Shown here: positions 37,401 through 45,475 of the stretch, one piece after another | How the letters are laid out: every line of letters starts with the position of its first letter | How positions within the stretch are numbered: the first letter of the stretch is position 1 | Position numbers and translations under genes: made by a program | The notes under the pieces: model-generated | Told to the model about the DNA's origin: nothing | The model's database searches: none | Seen by the model: the letters and a program-made list of their open reading frames with translations, nothing else | Virus record (IMG/VR): IMGVR_UViG_3300029787_000024 | Location: 3,809-67,808 of that record | Strand: one strand, 5' to 3' | Source: a virus | Length of the DNA: 64,000 nt

Positions 37401-37927
37401 ACATGCGCACTAAGTCTACCAGCTTCATGTATAAGAGTGTTTCCTAAATCTAATACATCGCCTATAGTATTTAAGAATAAATCCATACCACCAGCAGTAA
37501 CACTTCTAATAAGTTGACCACCAACAGTATAATAATTTTTTTCAAAATTAGAAGAAAAAGCAGCGTTCCAAACATGGTCTCCAGCCTGTTCAGGAAGACC
37601 CATTTTTTCAGCAACACTTATTTGTTCTTCTCGATATTTAGCTCCAGTTTCAAAAGGTGTGTATCTCCAATCTTTTTCTATACCTTCTGCAAGCTGTCTA
37701 TTTATAGCTTCTCTACCTTCACCAAAAACACTTTGATTAACAAAGCCATATTTGCCGTCTTGAGATTGAGCGTCTTGAGATGTGTATTCTTTTGGTATAT
37801 TAGAGATGTTAACAGGTACTTCTTTTTCAGGTTTTGATATTCCCCTGTCATATAAATTAGCGCCTTGTCTTGGTGTATCTATACCAGTACGCCTTGATTC
37901 GTCAAATATTCTTCTTGTTGTAGACAT
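25472..37927 (-). CDS. Giant virion-packaged RNA polymerase (crAss-type), with HExxH zincin-like segment
   Basis: 4151 aa; QRVP and GSDLDGDA (30479-30493) two-barrel RNAP motifs; FHEGSH; position after tail/cargo genes. Confidence 0.88.
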   Translation of the reverse strand: MSTTRRIFDESRRTGIDTPRQGANLYDRGISKPEKEVPVNISNIPKEYTSQDAQSQDGKYGFVNQSVFGEGREAINRQLAEGIEKDWRYTPFETGAKYREEQISVAEKMGLPEQAGDHVWNAAFSSNFEKNYYTVGGQLIRSVTAGGMDLFLNTIGDVLDLGNTLIHEAGRLSAHVMSYGGEAFMGSEWGEQKREDINRRSASGPIGIDVLTEAVLGISVLDPITDVLNEAGDWYGTWDDMIDLDDELEKNFFYDEKGNFTLNYNQMLKPQFWYTKFGKMIPNLIGFYFAGTKISNLARTRVASTSWGAKNMLTPINMTTNLSKNVLNPAFKFFGHKGIGKMPQAYWAAKDVAAVGGAAVGINLLEGVMLAGEANRKVLDAGGTTAQAASASLYTMANNMEYMYVDAMKWMVMSKFVGGVGAKLKVNSAGSFLPAVTNFTISSGITVTDAYLEQVQETYQDWSVSKNAHNALGTKFEGKDKDGNIVDFSGGNFGQSLQIFKQQGGFWDYFNSPEAAETRLISSAMALGPGIAGTVGGAFKDTINAMALRSSILDEKINASGMTDGNNYNLLFAKEAAIAKEKGIIGKDWTPEQKKIIQNEIAKENFLLGVVAEREVETAIGEGGRIDIMVKQGQITKEQGQQYKETLTEMNETFSKFDNESLKQLTPQARKQLAEVAYYKDATQRMLNETVANKQAQIDKVKETIKDPKLRKQQIDFINKEFSMQEKSFQETITNYEKIIPQLYSDSKKFHENQLKEIKNKNKKKRDDVIKKKEDSTPINIKQKESQKKKIRGKKASQLKKLGYTSSQMKKLSAREVNNIIKNKTRPKNHYKYRVVKNKSGKYNIVSPDGTIEVSNISTKKGAENIAKGKTAQLPTSGKQQADNVQKEIDNLAIQLNKEKNEGKKQKIKDKILKLSKQKAALQNDVSMNHAEKSVDSSTNKRNIEKETIEKEKTVFEKVAEQKKNRIKEIDERIAAIEKKSKEQGALFKSEINTLNRLKLERSQLTTTEAQFKDKKTSLKDLLQRKKVNKQSATSPYYTKRHIAFEKAWRDKMIKKGVNITFIDKLMMSEEGLRTLGLTHGLSMFIDVGSANQETIFHEGSHIYLGEFWNSPVVKALRNFIVQKDKNGKFVNPAYENTREAYPDMILFKNKKGEVFTFAQLLKTQNSIVTWSEWKKRPQNTNKTISQYIDASKRALKGYKELPPSQQRYVLEETLADLLGKKLDEKALDKKISKNQETRNEAKNIIRRFWDFIKNMFTRKEAKEILEKTGNENLAQQFDKALEAVVKDYKNKEGHYYTLRKVRVNKRSSESFQQRDRSPLIKEKVNRRIDDEINLLKDEVFTEEMMEYPYYENGQITPAGKKKLKAFIIENKEILNNSLISYFENEREQLAIDYIEENWNRILNEALLSQSLVSTDVFSEDGQNLLEEELEVGTMDAYMEDKRSGEGETLSAAINEYTSMENLGTLHSKKGKEDRDKKLGRNAVRRILYNAAWESATLEEFKLKVEQSLINLKENNLQPTENAMLARFANYLAESYIASKYKGSSIDLMDNVINDMYHELNAFKNIDFYKLDYRDGKPMISPHRSGKQVGMEKNIRLRMKNDMTISSPTRVNQDKSFDAKEISKLRFLSNVGGLYKIVNNDNLSLIEKRRAVAEFLYHNIVPANYKDSISPQELEKGELIDSFIPQDIPKLDKNGKEMKDDKGNVIMEKDKNSATHQLIRDTGIFIFNGKNPESIGKKAILNSFQKWSKTRDVQENFSTDEMNNLKELVEYSVDNSTYKGIKDTRPRINLNVNSNNIEFNPMYLKQGKPTPRISHQIREFGIIKKLSIALAERIAKGEFLTQVTMPNGEKTNLISKKHQIDILMNKLDNLTPAEMIELEGVFGDNALFQKIKNGERVEVVQMIGGLVNNSAYNSGSETSNQRTMMDVSLLAEAISGKSSTYSQNISIFSDKSLHLRINNADLLSPSEAWAKAEEIHKKGDKFLEGDIPVFDLYDKQGNKLKKEIQSLDKFIRSQPKELISKSIQKKMKGDKTAYNRFLGQIVLNYAINKYHAKDLLIGPAKHFKGPNDYIKRSAGSVAMHVQWDSNSRIEPIMLKDVKVDGVNKTDACSFITESMARKMVKNKYGGLRKVGDHYKFVYNGQNLDNKTFSNKAGERFPFYGKTNVFVLTDNFILKNPNFKSVRDSLDIRDRATPNNVMPVVMFSSSIKNQSPGIKNNLLNVNDLSRLNKTNEDGSVLLNDHQNGMWKDNDIYGLDGSFFGIQTELDKKSSSSTIAKQILFHLNSIPADIKNSNNVQQLWVDAFKSQVESILAENFISGEVTADKIKKVSEKLAKSADTNVFSQAAIDLLATGSFDNGSVDLRRRLANSILKKKALRMRGKGGVTYQSTDFGVGTKVSLDNISTNDKLGLRGYKKDGKNYKAAQVAVHEGMGLKIGEKVILQRVPASKLGDAVVGEVTQIIKGSGSMVMIPSEISDLIGSDLDGDALHVISKHQEISKKGDKTIKQKLTDSQNKYNKAFDATTNLMLSEKYHEFMIKSIGFDAVVKKAKNKIESKKIKYTESDINDLSIINDNKKFRSNREGQKNIGRAALFNTLYKVLSSYELSVTGKAMFRGDIKNAGLKNNKLDNNYLGNKGRGFNLAYMLNIFLDDANKGNASELNMNTQTFNMWSQLLARGMSFDNVAVLMNSDIAKDFVEQYQNSPESSTFDIVQSLLNEITDIPFWQIPDRSIDLNNLNNESSKIGMLQLIVKLNNSSLRDNTNTLGALANLDSSLPETGLGVADLIRKVIQLSHIHRDNVMSSHRLFSKTLTQSQVDGLLLALKNGDMKTISESINLKHPILQKNFNILLKQAETINSDPAYAGDWRSVMRRVLAVNASDFRNLNSKDIIGMENTVRSIRLAQSGIYNFSLTNVFGDYYSKNERVLEELNNPNTSFERILNLGLNHIDMLSKGDMNGVYSFINNYCTIEQLEITENIGRGRYLESTGNTTKVSMTADGVFAQGIIAGDLKNNTTIKINDRGVSNPESARKAFEKLPARVKDFLLAYDLISNQHTGPTALLPYLGGSAAKVSNVTKSQLIKSKGQESRKGKITAEFADKVADHILVNNKNINKKVFIDASYSVEGNNIVRNDNYNLEGGNLFINNEIYSVDAKSKIKKSSQKQNVTLLYKANISTEGKVTLTPIASSFTRDKRMPSRIDVVERDMNIESKESNITTDEVFPQRKRNVTHKTLATIDGKEMKDTDGMFVNEEKYLTNDEIFHQRNNTNRDFQEYVNSYGTHVDLDALKKQNPKAYKKVEEQYQRYQEDIHKVAKLEQTYFSRDENGISVIEDTEIGIDDMLSILKNEINNLDPIAAANIREKMNRALGAKMHLSNIKDVIKAVKDQGFSQQQVDALVDMQEKLEKGHPLGTKDISWAQMWLDSNISSSERGEISFILNELNKSEMHYYKENRRIRRKMDKAYNKLLKSRLNWFKFVPWFVHKAIHTYVPYGRFLYNKFLFKNLVEDHEVVNSQTGKYERVLRFKNFMNTDGTISDAKVKNANLTEAEINYLRMYVETTGMFENHLSQKTGPNGRPLLEDGRGSRYIPNMAAGKFEMMINRNMTAAFIGHNYDSKLRDIAVVGEMDGVTVTAPLGQFVEYYKLQQMDKGKGVKDMKSKRQLKALFNQANRYVKGGKDALGNPIILIEDIVNVSDAHSFDRNLASRSSSAEFSASSDIHNNLTKYVNKTMWAHGLNTQSGFSFRGMMEKLPLIDGAISYTSFRGNPFAQRWIKDLLRDRYVLQKTARKSIFTKDGKRIWADKIADNLQKWTMFVGLGFNITAAVGNIAIGKYNTFRRGGIKEWGRGESRFWGIGQNGIYSNESRKKATAIAIEFGIITDATEQLSEGLFDGGFGKIMFAPMSVSEKWIQRVGFVGQLTQEEWNSFTINKNGEVEVIDSAVYEQLTKNADRYKSDVYAVQGRGYTALDQRLIQTYSFVNTLLQFKRWLPTFIWDRWGGEKIDRFNRGHVGSTRATISFVRDIVRDKDFDVRKWKGKFKDLPKHRQEAIAKAARGTYGMIFVLGLISMIGGFSDDDDESGTIGELKDLFWDMNLMMNIDKWQYLMSVPALDTGLNVLNGLKYIISGSEYQRDTKYFKKGTSKAMGTLPKLFPKPIRKSFER

Positions 37928-37930
37928 ATA

Positions 37931-39808
37931 TTAATTTCCCTGTTTTTGCATAGAATTATGATAATAAGAATGGCCACTCATAAATATATTTGCACGCTCT
38001 CTTATGTCAAAAATTTCATCATCAGTGAGTCCCATTGAATCTCGCAATATAGCAAAATATCCTGAATAGTCTTTTTTATCTAGTTTATTAATTAGCTCAT
38101 CATATTGTTTATCAGAGGCAATTTGATTTAATCTAACCCTTGGGTCTGTATCCATAACATCAGAAAATACTGTTGCCATTATCATAGAGCGCGCAGTACT
38201 ATCTGTTTTATCTGAAAAGTTTTTCTTAGTAAGTAATTTATCAACATCACCATAAAGACCACCAACTGCATTATTAACATTTTCAGCTGTATATTGAAAT
38301 GGCCTTCCTTCTTCCCATTGATAGTTTATAGATTGAGCCTCTCCTCTAGAAGTTCTTCTTGGAACAAATGCAGAGTCTCCTATCCTTTTATCTATTTTAT
38401 GTGCAAGCTGGTCATTGTCAAGGTGTAATTCAACATATCTAAAATCATCATCCCCTGTAAGATATATATCTGCATCTGGGTCTTTTAATACCATAGCCAT
38501 AATAGGTATTTTTTGTTTACCCGCGTAGTTAGTGCTTTCTATATCCTTTCTAGAAATAAGCTTATACTTAGGTCTACCATGCTCGTCTTTAGACCCAGTG
38601 TCAACTTTAAACATTAATTGAGTTCCTTCATATCTCCAATCATCGTCACTAAATGGGTCATTACCCTCATGTTCGCCACCTGCTAATCTCTTTCCATCTT
38701 CATTATAAACAGTAACTTCTCTACTATTTTGCATTATCTCTACCTCATCAAAATCTAATATCTCATTCCAATCAGAACCTTTATCTCCAAATACAGCAAA
38801 AGCAATATCATTCCAATGGTCAGTCATTATATCATTACCATATATTTTTTTGTCATTAAGACCTTTTCTATTATCAGTATTAGCCTTTAAGCCAAATCCT
38901 GTTTCAAGGTCTACCATAGCTTGTTCATTACCTTCTAATACCCAAAATCCTACTCCCTCTTCAAGATGAAGTCCCTCCTGTAAAGTAAGAGCGCCATAAC
39001 CAGATGTATTACTAAATATAGTTTGCAGTTGATTACTGTAACTTTTTCTATTAGCTTTTACCTTAGCCTCATTAAGAGCTCTATCCCATTCATAATGTTC
39101 TTTTGTGCCCATTTGACCAGAAACATAATATAATAATTCATCAGCATATTCACTTTTGTCTTTCTCAAGGTCTGTCATACCCATGTCTGTCATATAGTTT
39201 GCAAGGTATGCATCATAATTTTTAGCCAAGTAAGCTTCCTCGATACTTGAAGCTGCTTCAATTTCTTCATTGCTTGGAGCAGGAGTATCTAAATAAGAAC
39301 CAGCAAACACAAAAGCACCCATTTCTCCTTCCATATATTTTTGAAAATTAATCCTATCTCTATCAGATACTAGATGAGGATTTTCTTGCACATCTTTTAA
39401 ATACTTAGCAACCTCTCCTTGATTAGCTTGTATAACCTGAGCCATGTCGCTATTTAAAACAGAGTCTCTGTATTCAGCAATAGATTGCGCTCCACCAGCT
39501 TTCATAAACTTATTAAAATCTCCTCCATAAAAATTAAGTTGATTCTTTACTTTATTTTCTGCATCTAAAACAATATTCTGCATATCTATCTTATGCTTAG
39601 GTATAGCATTTTGTACTAGAAATTGAGCTTGACTATCTATTGCTGCCATAGTAGCTTCTGCAGTAGCTTGATTCTGTTGCTCTAATAATTGATTTTTCAT
39701 TTGAAGCTCAAAAGTTTTTTGTTGAGTTTCAATTGCGTGCCTAGCTCTATCTCTACCCTGTTGAGCATTAGACGACCAGCTGTTTATAATATTTAAATAT
39801 TGTGACAT
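37931..39808 (-). CDS. Virion cargo/ejection protein
   Basis: Between large cargo gene and vRNAP; Q/A-rich N-terminus. Confidence 0.65.
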   Translation of the reverse strand: MSQYLNIINSWSSNAQQGRDRARHAIETQQKTFELQMKNQLLEQQNQATAEATMAAIDSQAQFLVQNAIPKHKIDMQNIVLDAENKVKNQLNFYGGDFNKFMKAGGAQSIAEYRDSVLNSDMAQVIQANQGEVAKYLKDVQENPHLVSDRDRINFQKYMEGEMGAFVFAGSYLDTPAPSNEEIEAASSIEEAYLAKNYDAYLANYMTDMGMTDLEKDKSEYADELLYYVSGQMGTKEHYEWDRALNEAKVKANRKSYSNQLQTIFSNTSGYGALTLQEGLHLEEGVGFWVLEGNEQAMVDLETGFGLKANTDNRKGLNDKKIYGNDIMTDHWNDIAFAVFGDKGSDWNEILDFDEVEIMQNSREVTVYNEDGKRLAGGEHEGNDPFSDDDWRYEGTQLMFKVDTGSKDEHGRPKYKLISRKDIESTNYAGKQKIPIMAMVLKDPDADIYLTGDDDFRYVELHLDNDQLAHKIDKRIGDSAFVPRRTSRGEAQSINYQWEEGRPFQYTAENVNNAVGGLYGDVDKLLTKKNFSDKTDSTARSMIMATVFSDVMDTDPRVRLNQIASDKQYDELINKLDKKDYSGYFAILRDSMGLTDDEIFDIRERANIFMSGHSYYHNSMQKQGN

Positions 39809-39820
39809 AATTATTGTTTT

Positions 39821-42800
39821 TTAACCTCCTGTTTGTGTGTTATCATCTTCCGTTCCCGTGCCTGTATTAACAGCATCTAAATCTGCTTGTACCTTTTGTT
39901 TATATAATAAATTTACTTGCTCTTCAATCATAGGTCCCATCTCTTTCATTGTTTCTGCATATGATAAATCATTAATAATATTACCTATTAAAGAAGAACC
40001 TATACCTCCAAATACATCAGACTGCCTTTTAAGTTCTGCGTATTTCATTTTATTTTCTACAGCCGCAGTTTCTTTTAAGAAAGTTTCAGCTTGAGCCATA
40101 ACCTTTCCATAGCTATCCATATTCTTTTTTCTTTGTTCAGCGTCTACAGCAGATAGCTTTAATAAACCTTTAACTTTATTAGCATTTAACACACCTGCAT
40201 TAGCTAAGAATGTGGCTCTACTACCACCTGAAGCTCTCATTGCATTTGTAATACCAGCATTATAAGCTTCTCCAAGGTCTTTTCTTGCAGCATATTTAGT
40301 CTTAGGGTCCATTCCAGATTGAGCAAGTTCTTTAGACATTCTTTGAAAAGCTTTAAAGTCTGGAGATAACTCAGGCATGTCTTCTACAGGAATATCTTTC
40401 ATCGCTTTATGCATAGCCAAAATACCTGTACCAGCTTGTAAAAGAGTTGTTGCTGTTTTACCATGCTTGTCCCAAAAGTTTCCAATTTTATTTACAGCAT
40501 TTTGCCATGGATTCCAATCACCAACAAGCTCTTGCATATTTAAAGTAGGGTCATTAAGAGCATCTTTTTGTGTTTGATTATATTTATCATAATCTTCTTT
40601 AGTCATTGGAATAGCGCTATATATAGAATCTAAACCTCTTGAGCCACTTTCACGTTGTGGGGTATAATATAAATCTTCTGAACTTTGAGTGTATCCTTCA
40701 GAGTCAAGTGGCATTCTCCAGTTTCCATCATCATCTTGATAAGAACCTTCAGGAAGCCATACAGAGTTACTTCCATCTATAGGAGAAAGAGATTCACTTA
40801 CAGTTGTATTTAAAGCTAAGTCACTTTGAACCATGCCTTGACTTTCAAAATATTCTATTTGTGAGGCTGAATAACTAACTGAAAAATTTCTTAAATTTCT
40901 ATCTGCACTATTATTTGGAGTAAAAGGTATGTTTTCTCCATAGTTTCCTTCATCATCTTTTACTCTATAATAAGGATTACCAGCATCATCAACTTGAATT
41001 CCATATCTTTCACCAATTGTTGAGTCAACATTGTCATCTTCATCGCTTTTTCCTTCAGAATGATACAAAACAAATCTATCAAGTTTATCATCTTTTTCAG
41101 TACCAACTTGAACTCTTAAGTCTTTATTTTCATCTACATAAGTGCCAGGAGGTAAAAAGCCATCACCATACTGCACCCATCCAGCATTTTGCATAGACTT
41201 GTTAGTATGTTGCCAAGTGTGAGCATAGGTTCCGTCATCTAATTTTGTGCTTCTATATACATATCCTTCAGAATCATAATAATTATTATCATCTATAAAC
41301 TCACCCTTCTCTCCAGCATTAGGGTCCCAATAACCTTTTGTTGTTCCTGGTTGGAAAAAGCGACCATGCTCTGAAGCCCATACATATCCAGAGTCTTTTA
41401 ATTGACCAGCAAAAGCTAATACCTTAGCATCATTTCCTTGTCCTAAACCTGGTAATCCAGGAAAGTCTTGTGCGTTATATTTTCCATCATCAACAAATGT
41501 ATATGAACCCGACAATTCATTTTCAAGAACATCCAGAGGAATACCGTCAGGATAAGCTTTATTATAATCTATTAACGTTTGCTCATCTATATTTGAACCA
41601 GTTATAGGTATAGATACATTAAAATTAATATTATGAGCATTATCAATAGCAACATTTTCTCCTGTGCTTTTTTGAATTTCAAACATCTTATCTTCTGTTC
41701 CTCTATCTTCAATAATATCTAAGCCGCTTGCATCCGTGCTAGCATTAACGTCTATATAAAATCTTCCGTCTTCACCTCTAAATGCATTGGGGGGATACCA
41801 AGACTTGTCTCTATTGTTCCATTGCCACCCTGTTTTTTTATAGGTTTCGCTATCCCTCATGTTCTTTGGAAGATGAATGGTAGTTATTTCATTATACCTT
41901 TCATCTAATGTAATTTGAAGGCCATCTGAAGTAAACCATTCTTTTCCCTTTTTATAAGAACCTGGAGAATAGAAATGGTCTGTACTAGGGTCATAAGGCA
42001 TTCCTAACTTCTTAGCTGTTCTTTTTCCCCTATTAGTAGGTCTCCAATAACCAGATACTTTATCAGAAGGAAAACTTCCAACATCATCAGACATTTTATA
42101 TTCAATTCCATTACTGTCTAACTTTATTAATCTCCCTAAATTGTCTCTATGAACACCACTTTCAGTAAACATAAACTGTGTTTTCACATCCCAATATCCA
42201 CCATTTTCTATAGTAGCTATACTCCCCATATATAACAGAGGGTCATCTTCAAGGTTCATTCCTGGAAAATCATCATGAGTATATCTTTTATTAGAAGTAG
42301 TAAAGCTACCATTATTTTGCCAATAATAAGCATATCCATTTGCATTAACCCAAGCCCCATGTTTATCTATATAAGAATTAGGAGGATATATCATTAAACC
42401 CGTACGTCCATCTGGGGTACTTCTTTCTCCATATGTAGTATCAACAACATATCCCGATTCTTTTAATTCAATTAATGTTTCAAAGTTATTTATCATTCCA
42501 CTTGGAACAAGGTCACTTCCAAAAGCCCTTTTGCCTCTATTAGGGTCTCCAGATTGAGTGACTATTAAGTCATCCATTCCTACTGGAACAATAATGTTTA
42601 CATCTTCTGGGCTTGTGTATAAAGAATTAAATTGTTCAGGAGTATATGCTAAACCTGTGTCAGGGTCATGAGGAATCCCTCTAAAATATTTAGATTTAAA
42701 TTTATAAGAAAACTCATAATCTTCATATGGAATTTTATTATAATCTTGATAACTTGTAAATTGGTCCTCTTCCCAATCAGCTTGGCTAGAAGAATCTTTA

Positions 42801-45463
42801 GCTACGTTAAATAACGTGCTTATCTTATCATAATCAGCTCCATCAAAATATAGGTCGATATAATCATTTAAATTTTCATTGTTAAAAGATTCTATATCTA
42901 AAGGAATATCTCCACCTGCGTGATTTTTTAATTCGTCAATATTATTAAACGCAACAATATTATCTAGGTTTGATTCAATATAAAAAGATAAATTTTCGGA
43001 AAAATAAGCATTCTCAACGTTTTGGTGAGCAGCATCATTTGCTGATAATATGCCGAAATCTTCTGCAGGTATAAAAAACACAGTATCATTACTCCAACCT
43101 GTTTGTTTGTTAAGCACCGCCCTATTTTCACTATTATAAGACAAATCTTTTAGCTTAAAGTATTTACCAGAAGGCCCACTATATTTTTCTGCTTCTGGAA
43201 ACTGTATTGGCCTATCATATAAAGTAGGCTCAACGCTTTTAAGAACATCTTTTACTTCATCTTTAGAATATATATTTCTATACAATTCCATATTTCCTGA
43301 AATAAATTCTACAAATGTTCTATGATTAGGTTCTGATAGCCAACTTTTTATAGAATTTACAGCATCTTTATTTCTGCCTTCAAATATTTTTTTAAAAAAC
43401 TGTCCTATATTTTTTTCAAAAGACTCTCCATATTTTGAAAACTTATCTTTAAAAGTTTCTATATTTTTAAATAAAGAACCTTCCATTGACCAACTTTCTT
43501 GTGAAGAGCCTTCTTGTGATAATTCGCCAGTGAAATTATAATCAACTTCTTCAATAGGGTCGGTCATAAACTCTTCATATTCTCGTCTTTCCCCTATAAC
43601 ATCTGTACCCCCTTGCTTAACATACTCCCAATAAGTTTCACGCTTATTAAACTCATCCATCATGATTTTATTAGCCTCTGTAGGATAAGGGTCATTTATA
43701 TCTGGAACACCGTCTCCATCAAAGTCTAATTCATTTGTTCCCCATTTTGATTGTTCTTTTATTATTTCTTGAGACTGCCTAAGCTTATTATCTAATTCTT
43801 GTATTTTTTGCTTTATTATAGGTATATCATTTGGGCCTGCATTATCCAATTCTTTTAATAACTCTTCATACTGTTTATTATAACTTTCTTCACCTAATAG
43901 CTCTACTTCTTCACCCATGTGGCCAATAACTATCCTACCATCTTCAGTTTCATAACCAAGTCCTGCATCATCAACCTTAATACCTTCACTACTTTCTTTT
44001 TGTATCTTTTCTCTTAAATTAAGTATTTCTTCTTTTAAACCTGGAATATCATTTGGATTAGCGCTATCTAATTTTTCTAATAACTCTTGATATTTAGCTT
44101 GATAATCAGTAGTGTCTTCTTCTTCTTCCATTATACCATCATCATCCGCTAATGGGTCTGATGGCAAAATTAAACCATCTCTAAACTCTTGCTCTGTTAT
44201 TTCCCCTTTATTAAATTTATCCATTAGAATTTTATTATTCTCTGTAGGATATATATCATCAACATCAGGCACACCATCTCCGTCCCAATCTAATTCACGT
44301 TTTCCTTCTGTTTCCCATTTTTCTTTTGCACTTTCAATTTTTTCATTTCTTTTGGTTATTGCATCTATTATTCTATTAACCTCATCATCACTGCCAGGCT
44401 CTATATTTTCAATTTCTTCAATTATCTCATTAAGTTCATCGTCATAATTAGGCTTTCCTTCAATTTTTTTAGTTGGGATAACTAATTCATCACCTGTATA
44501 TATTTTATCTTTGTCTTTAATATTAGGATTAAGCTCCATTAATTCCTCAACAGTTGTGTCAAATTTTTCAGCTAATTGACTTAAAGTATCGTCTTTTTGT
44601 ATTGTATAATTCTCTTTAGTAATCTCTTCCTTATTATCACTTTCTTTCACAATAGGAGGCTCATTGTCTGTACCAGACTCATTATTATCAGGCGTAACTA
44701 TTGGGTCAGTTATTTCATTATCTACTCTTGGTGTAGGAATTTGTTTATCTGGGTTCTTTTGATATTCATTATATTCTTTAATATATTCCTCTGAACTACT
44801 AGGAAAAATTAAACCTTCTTTTGATTTATCGTTTTTACCAATGTCATATAAATGCTCAACTCTACCTTTTGCTTTTTTTATTGCATTTTGCTCTACAATT
44901 TTTTTTTGTCCTACTATTTGATTTTGTAGTTCTTTAATAGAATTTTTTTCATATTTATTTGTATTTTTTGCTACAATAGCCTCCTGTTTTTCTATTTTCT
45001 TTTTTAAATCCTCAGTGGGGTTTTCCTCGTAAGCTTTTCGTAATTCTTTTAACGCCTTAGCTTCTTGCATATCGCTTAATACATCAGCCCCTTCAATTGT
45101 TGGTCTTTCAAAATTATGTTGAAAAGAATGAGCAGCATCTTCAACAGAGTTATATTCTCTTTCTAAATACTGTTTCATTCTTGAGTCTTTATTATCTTCT
45201 GCAAAAATAAAATCAACTTGCCCTTTCCAATCAGTCTCCCAATCTTCACCAACATACTCTATCATGTTTTCTCTTCTGTCTCCAGCAATATTATACTGAA
45301 ACAAACCATAAGAGTTACCACTATCTCCAACTGCATTTATTACAAAATTAGATTCACCAGCTATATTAGAAAGTATACCCATAGCCTTATTATGAGATAA
45401 ACCATGTTTCTCAACTAAATAATTATAAACCTCTTGAGAACTTACTCTATTTTCTTTTGCCAT
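39821..45463 (-). CDS. Large cargo/ejection protein with tail-lysozyme domain, LysM and DxDGDG repeats
   Basis: GILSNIAGES..GDSG.SYGLFQ; YTIQKDDTLSQLA LysM; DWDGDGVPD and DFDGDGVPD. Confidence 0.8.
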   Translation of the reverse strand: MAKENRVSSQEVYNYLVEKHGLSHNKAMGILSNIAGESNFVINAVGDSGNSYGLFQYNIAGDRRENMIEYVGEDWETDWKGQVDFIFAEDNKDSRMKQYLEREYNSVEDAAHSFQHNFERPTIEGADVLSDMQEAKALKELRKAYEENPTEDLKKKIEKQEAIVAKNTNKYEKNSIKELQNQIVGQKKIVEQNAIKKAKGRVEHLYDIGKNDKSKEGLIFPSSSEEYIKEYNEYQKNPDKQIPTPRVDNEITDPIVTPDNNESGTDNEPPIVKESDNKEEITKENYTIQKDDTLSQLAEKFDTTVEELMELNPNIKDKDKIYTGDELVIPTKKIEGKPNYDDELNEIIEEIENIEPGSDDEVNRIIDAITKRNEKIESAKEKWETEGKRELDWDGDGVPDVDDIYPTENNKILMDKFNKGEITEQEFRDGLILPSDPLADDDGIMEEEEDTTDYQAKYQELLEKLDSANPNDIPGLKEEILNLREKIQKESSEGIKVDDAGLGYETEDGRIVIGHMGEEVELLGEESYNKQYEELLKELDNAGPNDIPIIKQKIQELDNKLRQSQEIIKEQSKWGTNELDFDGDGVPDINDPYPTEANKIMMDEFNKRETYWEYVKQGGTDVIGERREYEEFMTDPIEEVDYNFTGELSQEGSSQESWSMEGSLFKNIETFKDKFSKYGESFEKNIGQFFKKIFEGRNKDAVNSIKSWLSEPNHRTFVEFISGNMELYRNIYSKDEVKDVLKSVEPTLYDRPIQFPEAEKYSGPSGKYFKLKDLSYNSENRAVLNKQTGWSNDTVFFIPAEDFGILSANDAAHQNVENAYFSENLSFYIESNLDNIVAFNNIDELKNHAGGDIPLDIESFNNENLNDYIDLYFDGADYDKISTLFNVAKDSSSQADWEEDQFTSYQDYNKIPYEDYEFSYKFKSKYFRGIPHDPDTGLAYTPEQFNSLYTSPEDVNIIVPVGMDDLIVTQSGDPNRGKRAFGSDLVPSGMINNFETLIELKESGYVVDTTYGERSTPDGRTGLMIYPPNSYIDKHGAWVNANGYAYYWQNNGSFTTSNKRYTHDDFPGMNLEDDPLLYMGSIATIENGGYWDVKTQFMFTESGVHRDNLGRLIKLDSNGIEYKMSDDVGSFPSDKVSGYWRPTNRGKRTAKKLGMPYDPSTDHFYSPGSYKKGKEWFTSDGLQITLDERYNEITTIHLPKNMRDSETYKKTGWQWNNRDKSWYPPNAFRGEDGRFYIDVNASTDASGLDIIEDRGTEDKMFEIQKSTGENVAIDNAHNINFNVSIPITGSNIDEQTLIDYNKAYPDGIPLDVLENELSGSYTFVDDGKYNAQDFPGLPGLGQGNDAKVLAFAGQLKDSGYVWASEHGRFFQPGTTKGYWDPNAGEKGEFIDDNNYYDSEGYVYRSTKLDDGTYAHTWQHTNKSMQNAGWVQYGDGFLPPGTYVDENKDLRVQVGTEKDDKLDRFVLYHSEGKSDEDDNVDSTIGERYGIQVDDAGNPYYRVKDDEGNYGENIPFTPNNSADRNLRNFSVSYSASQIEYFESQGMVQSDLALNTTVSESLSPIDGSNSVWLPEGSYQDDDGNWRMPLDSEGYTQSSEDLYYTPQRESGSRGLDSIYSAIPMTKEDYDKYNQTQKDALNDPTLNMQELVGDWNPWQNAVNKIGNFWDKHGKTATTLLQAGTGILAMHKAMKDIPVEDMPELSPDFKAFQRMSKELAQSGMDPKTKYAARKDLGEAYNAGITNAMRASGGSRATFLANAGVLNANKVKGLLKLSAVDAEQRKKNMDSYGKVMAQAETFLKETAAVENKMKYAELKRQSDVFGGIGSSLIGNIINDLSYAETMKEMGPMIEEQVNLLYKQKVQADLDAVNTGTGTEDDNTQTGG

Positions 45464-45475
45464 TAAATCTATTTT

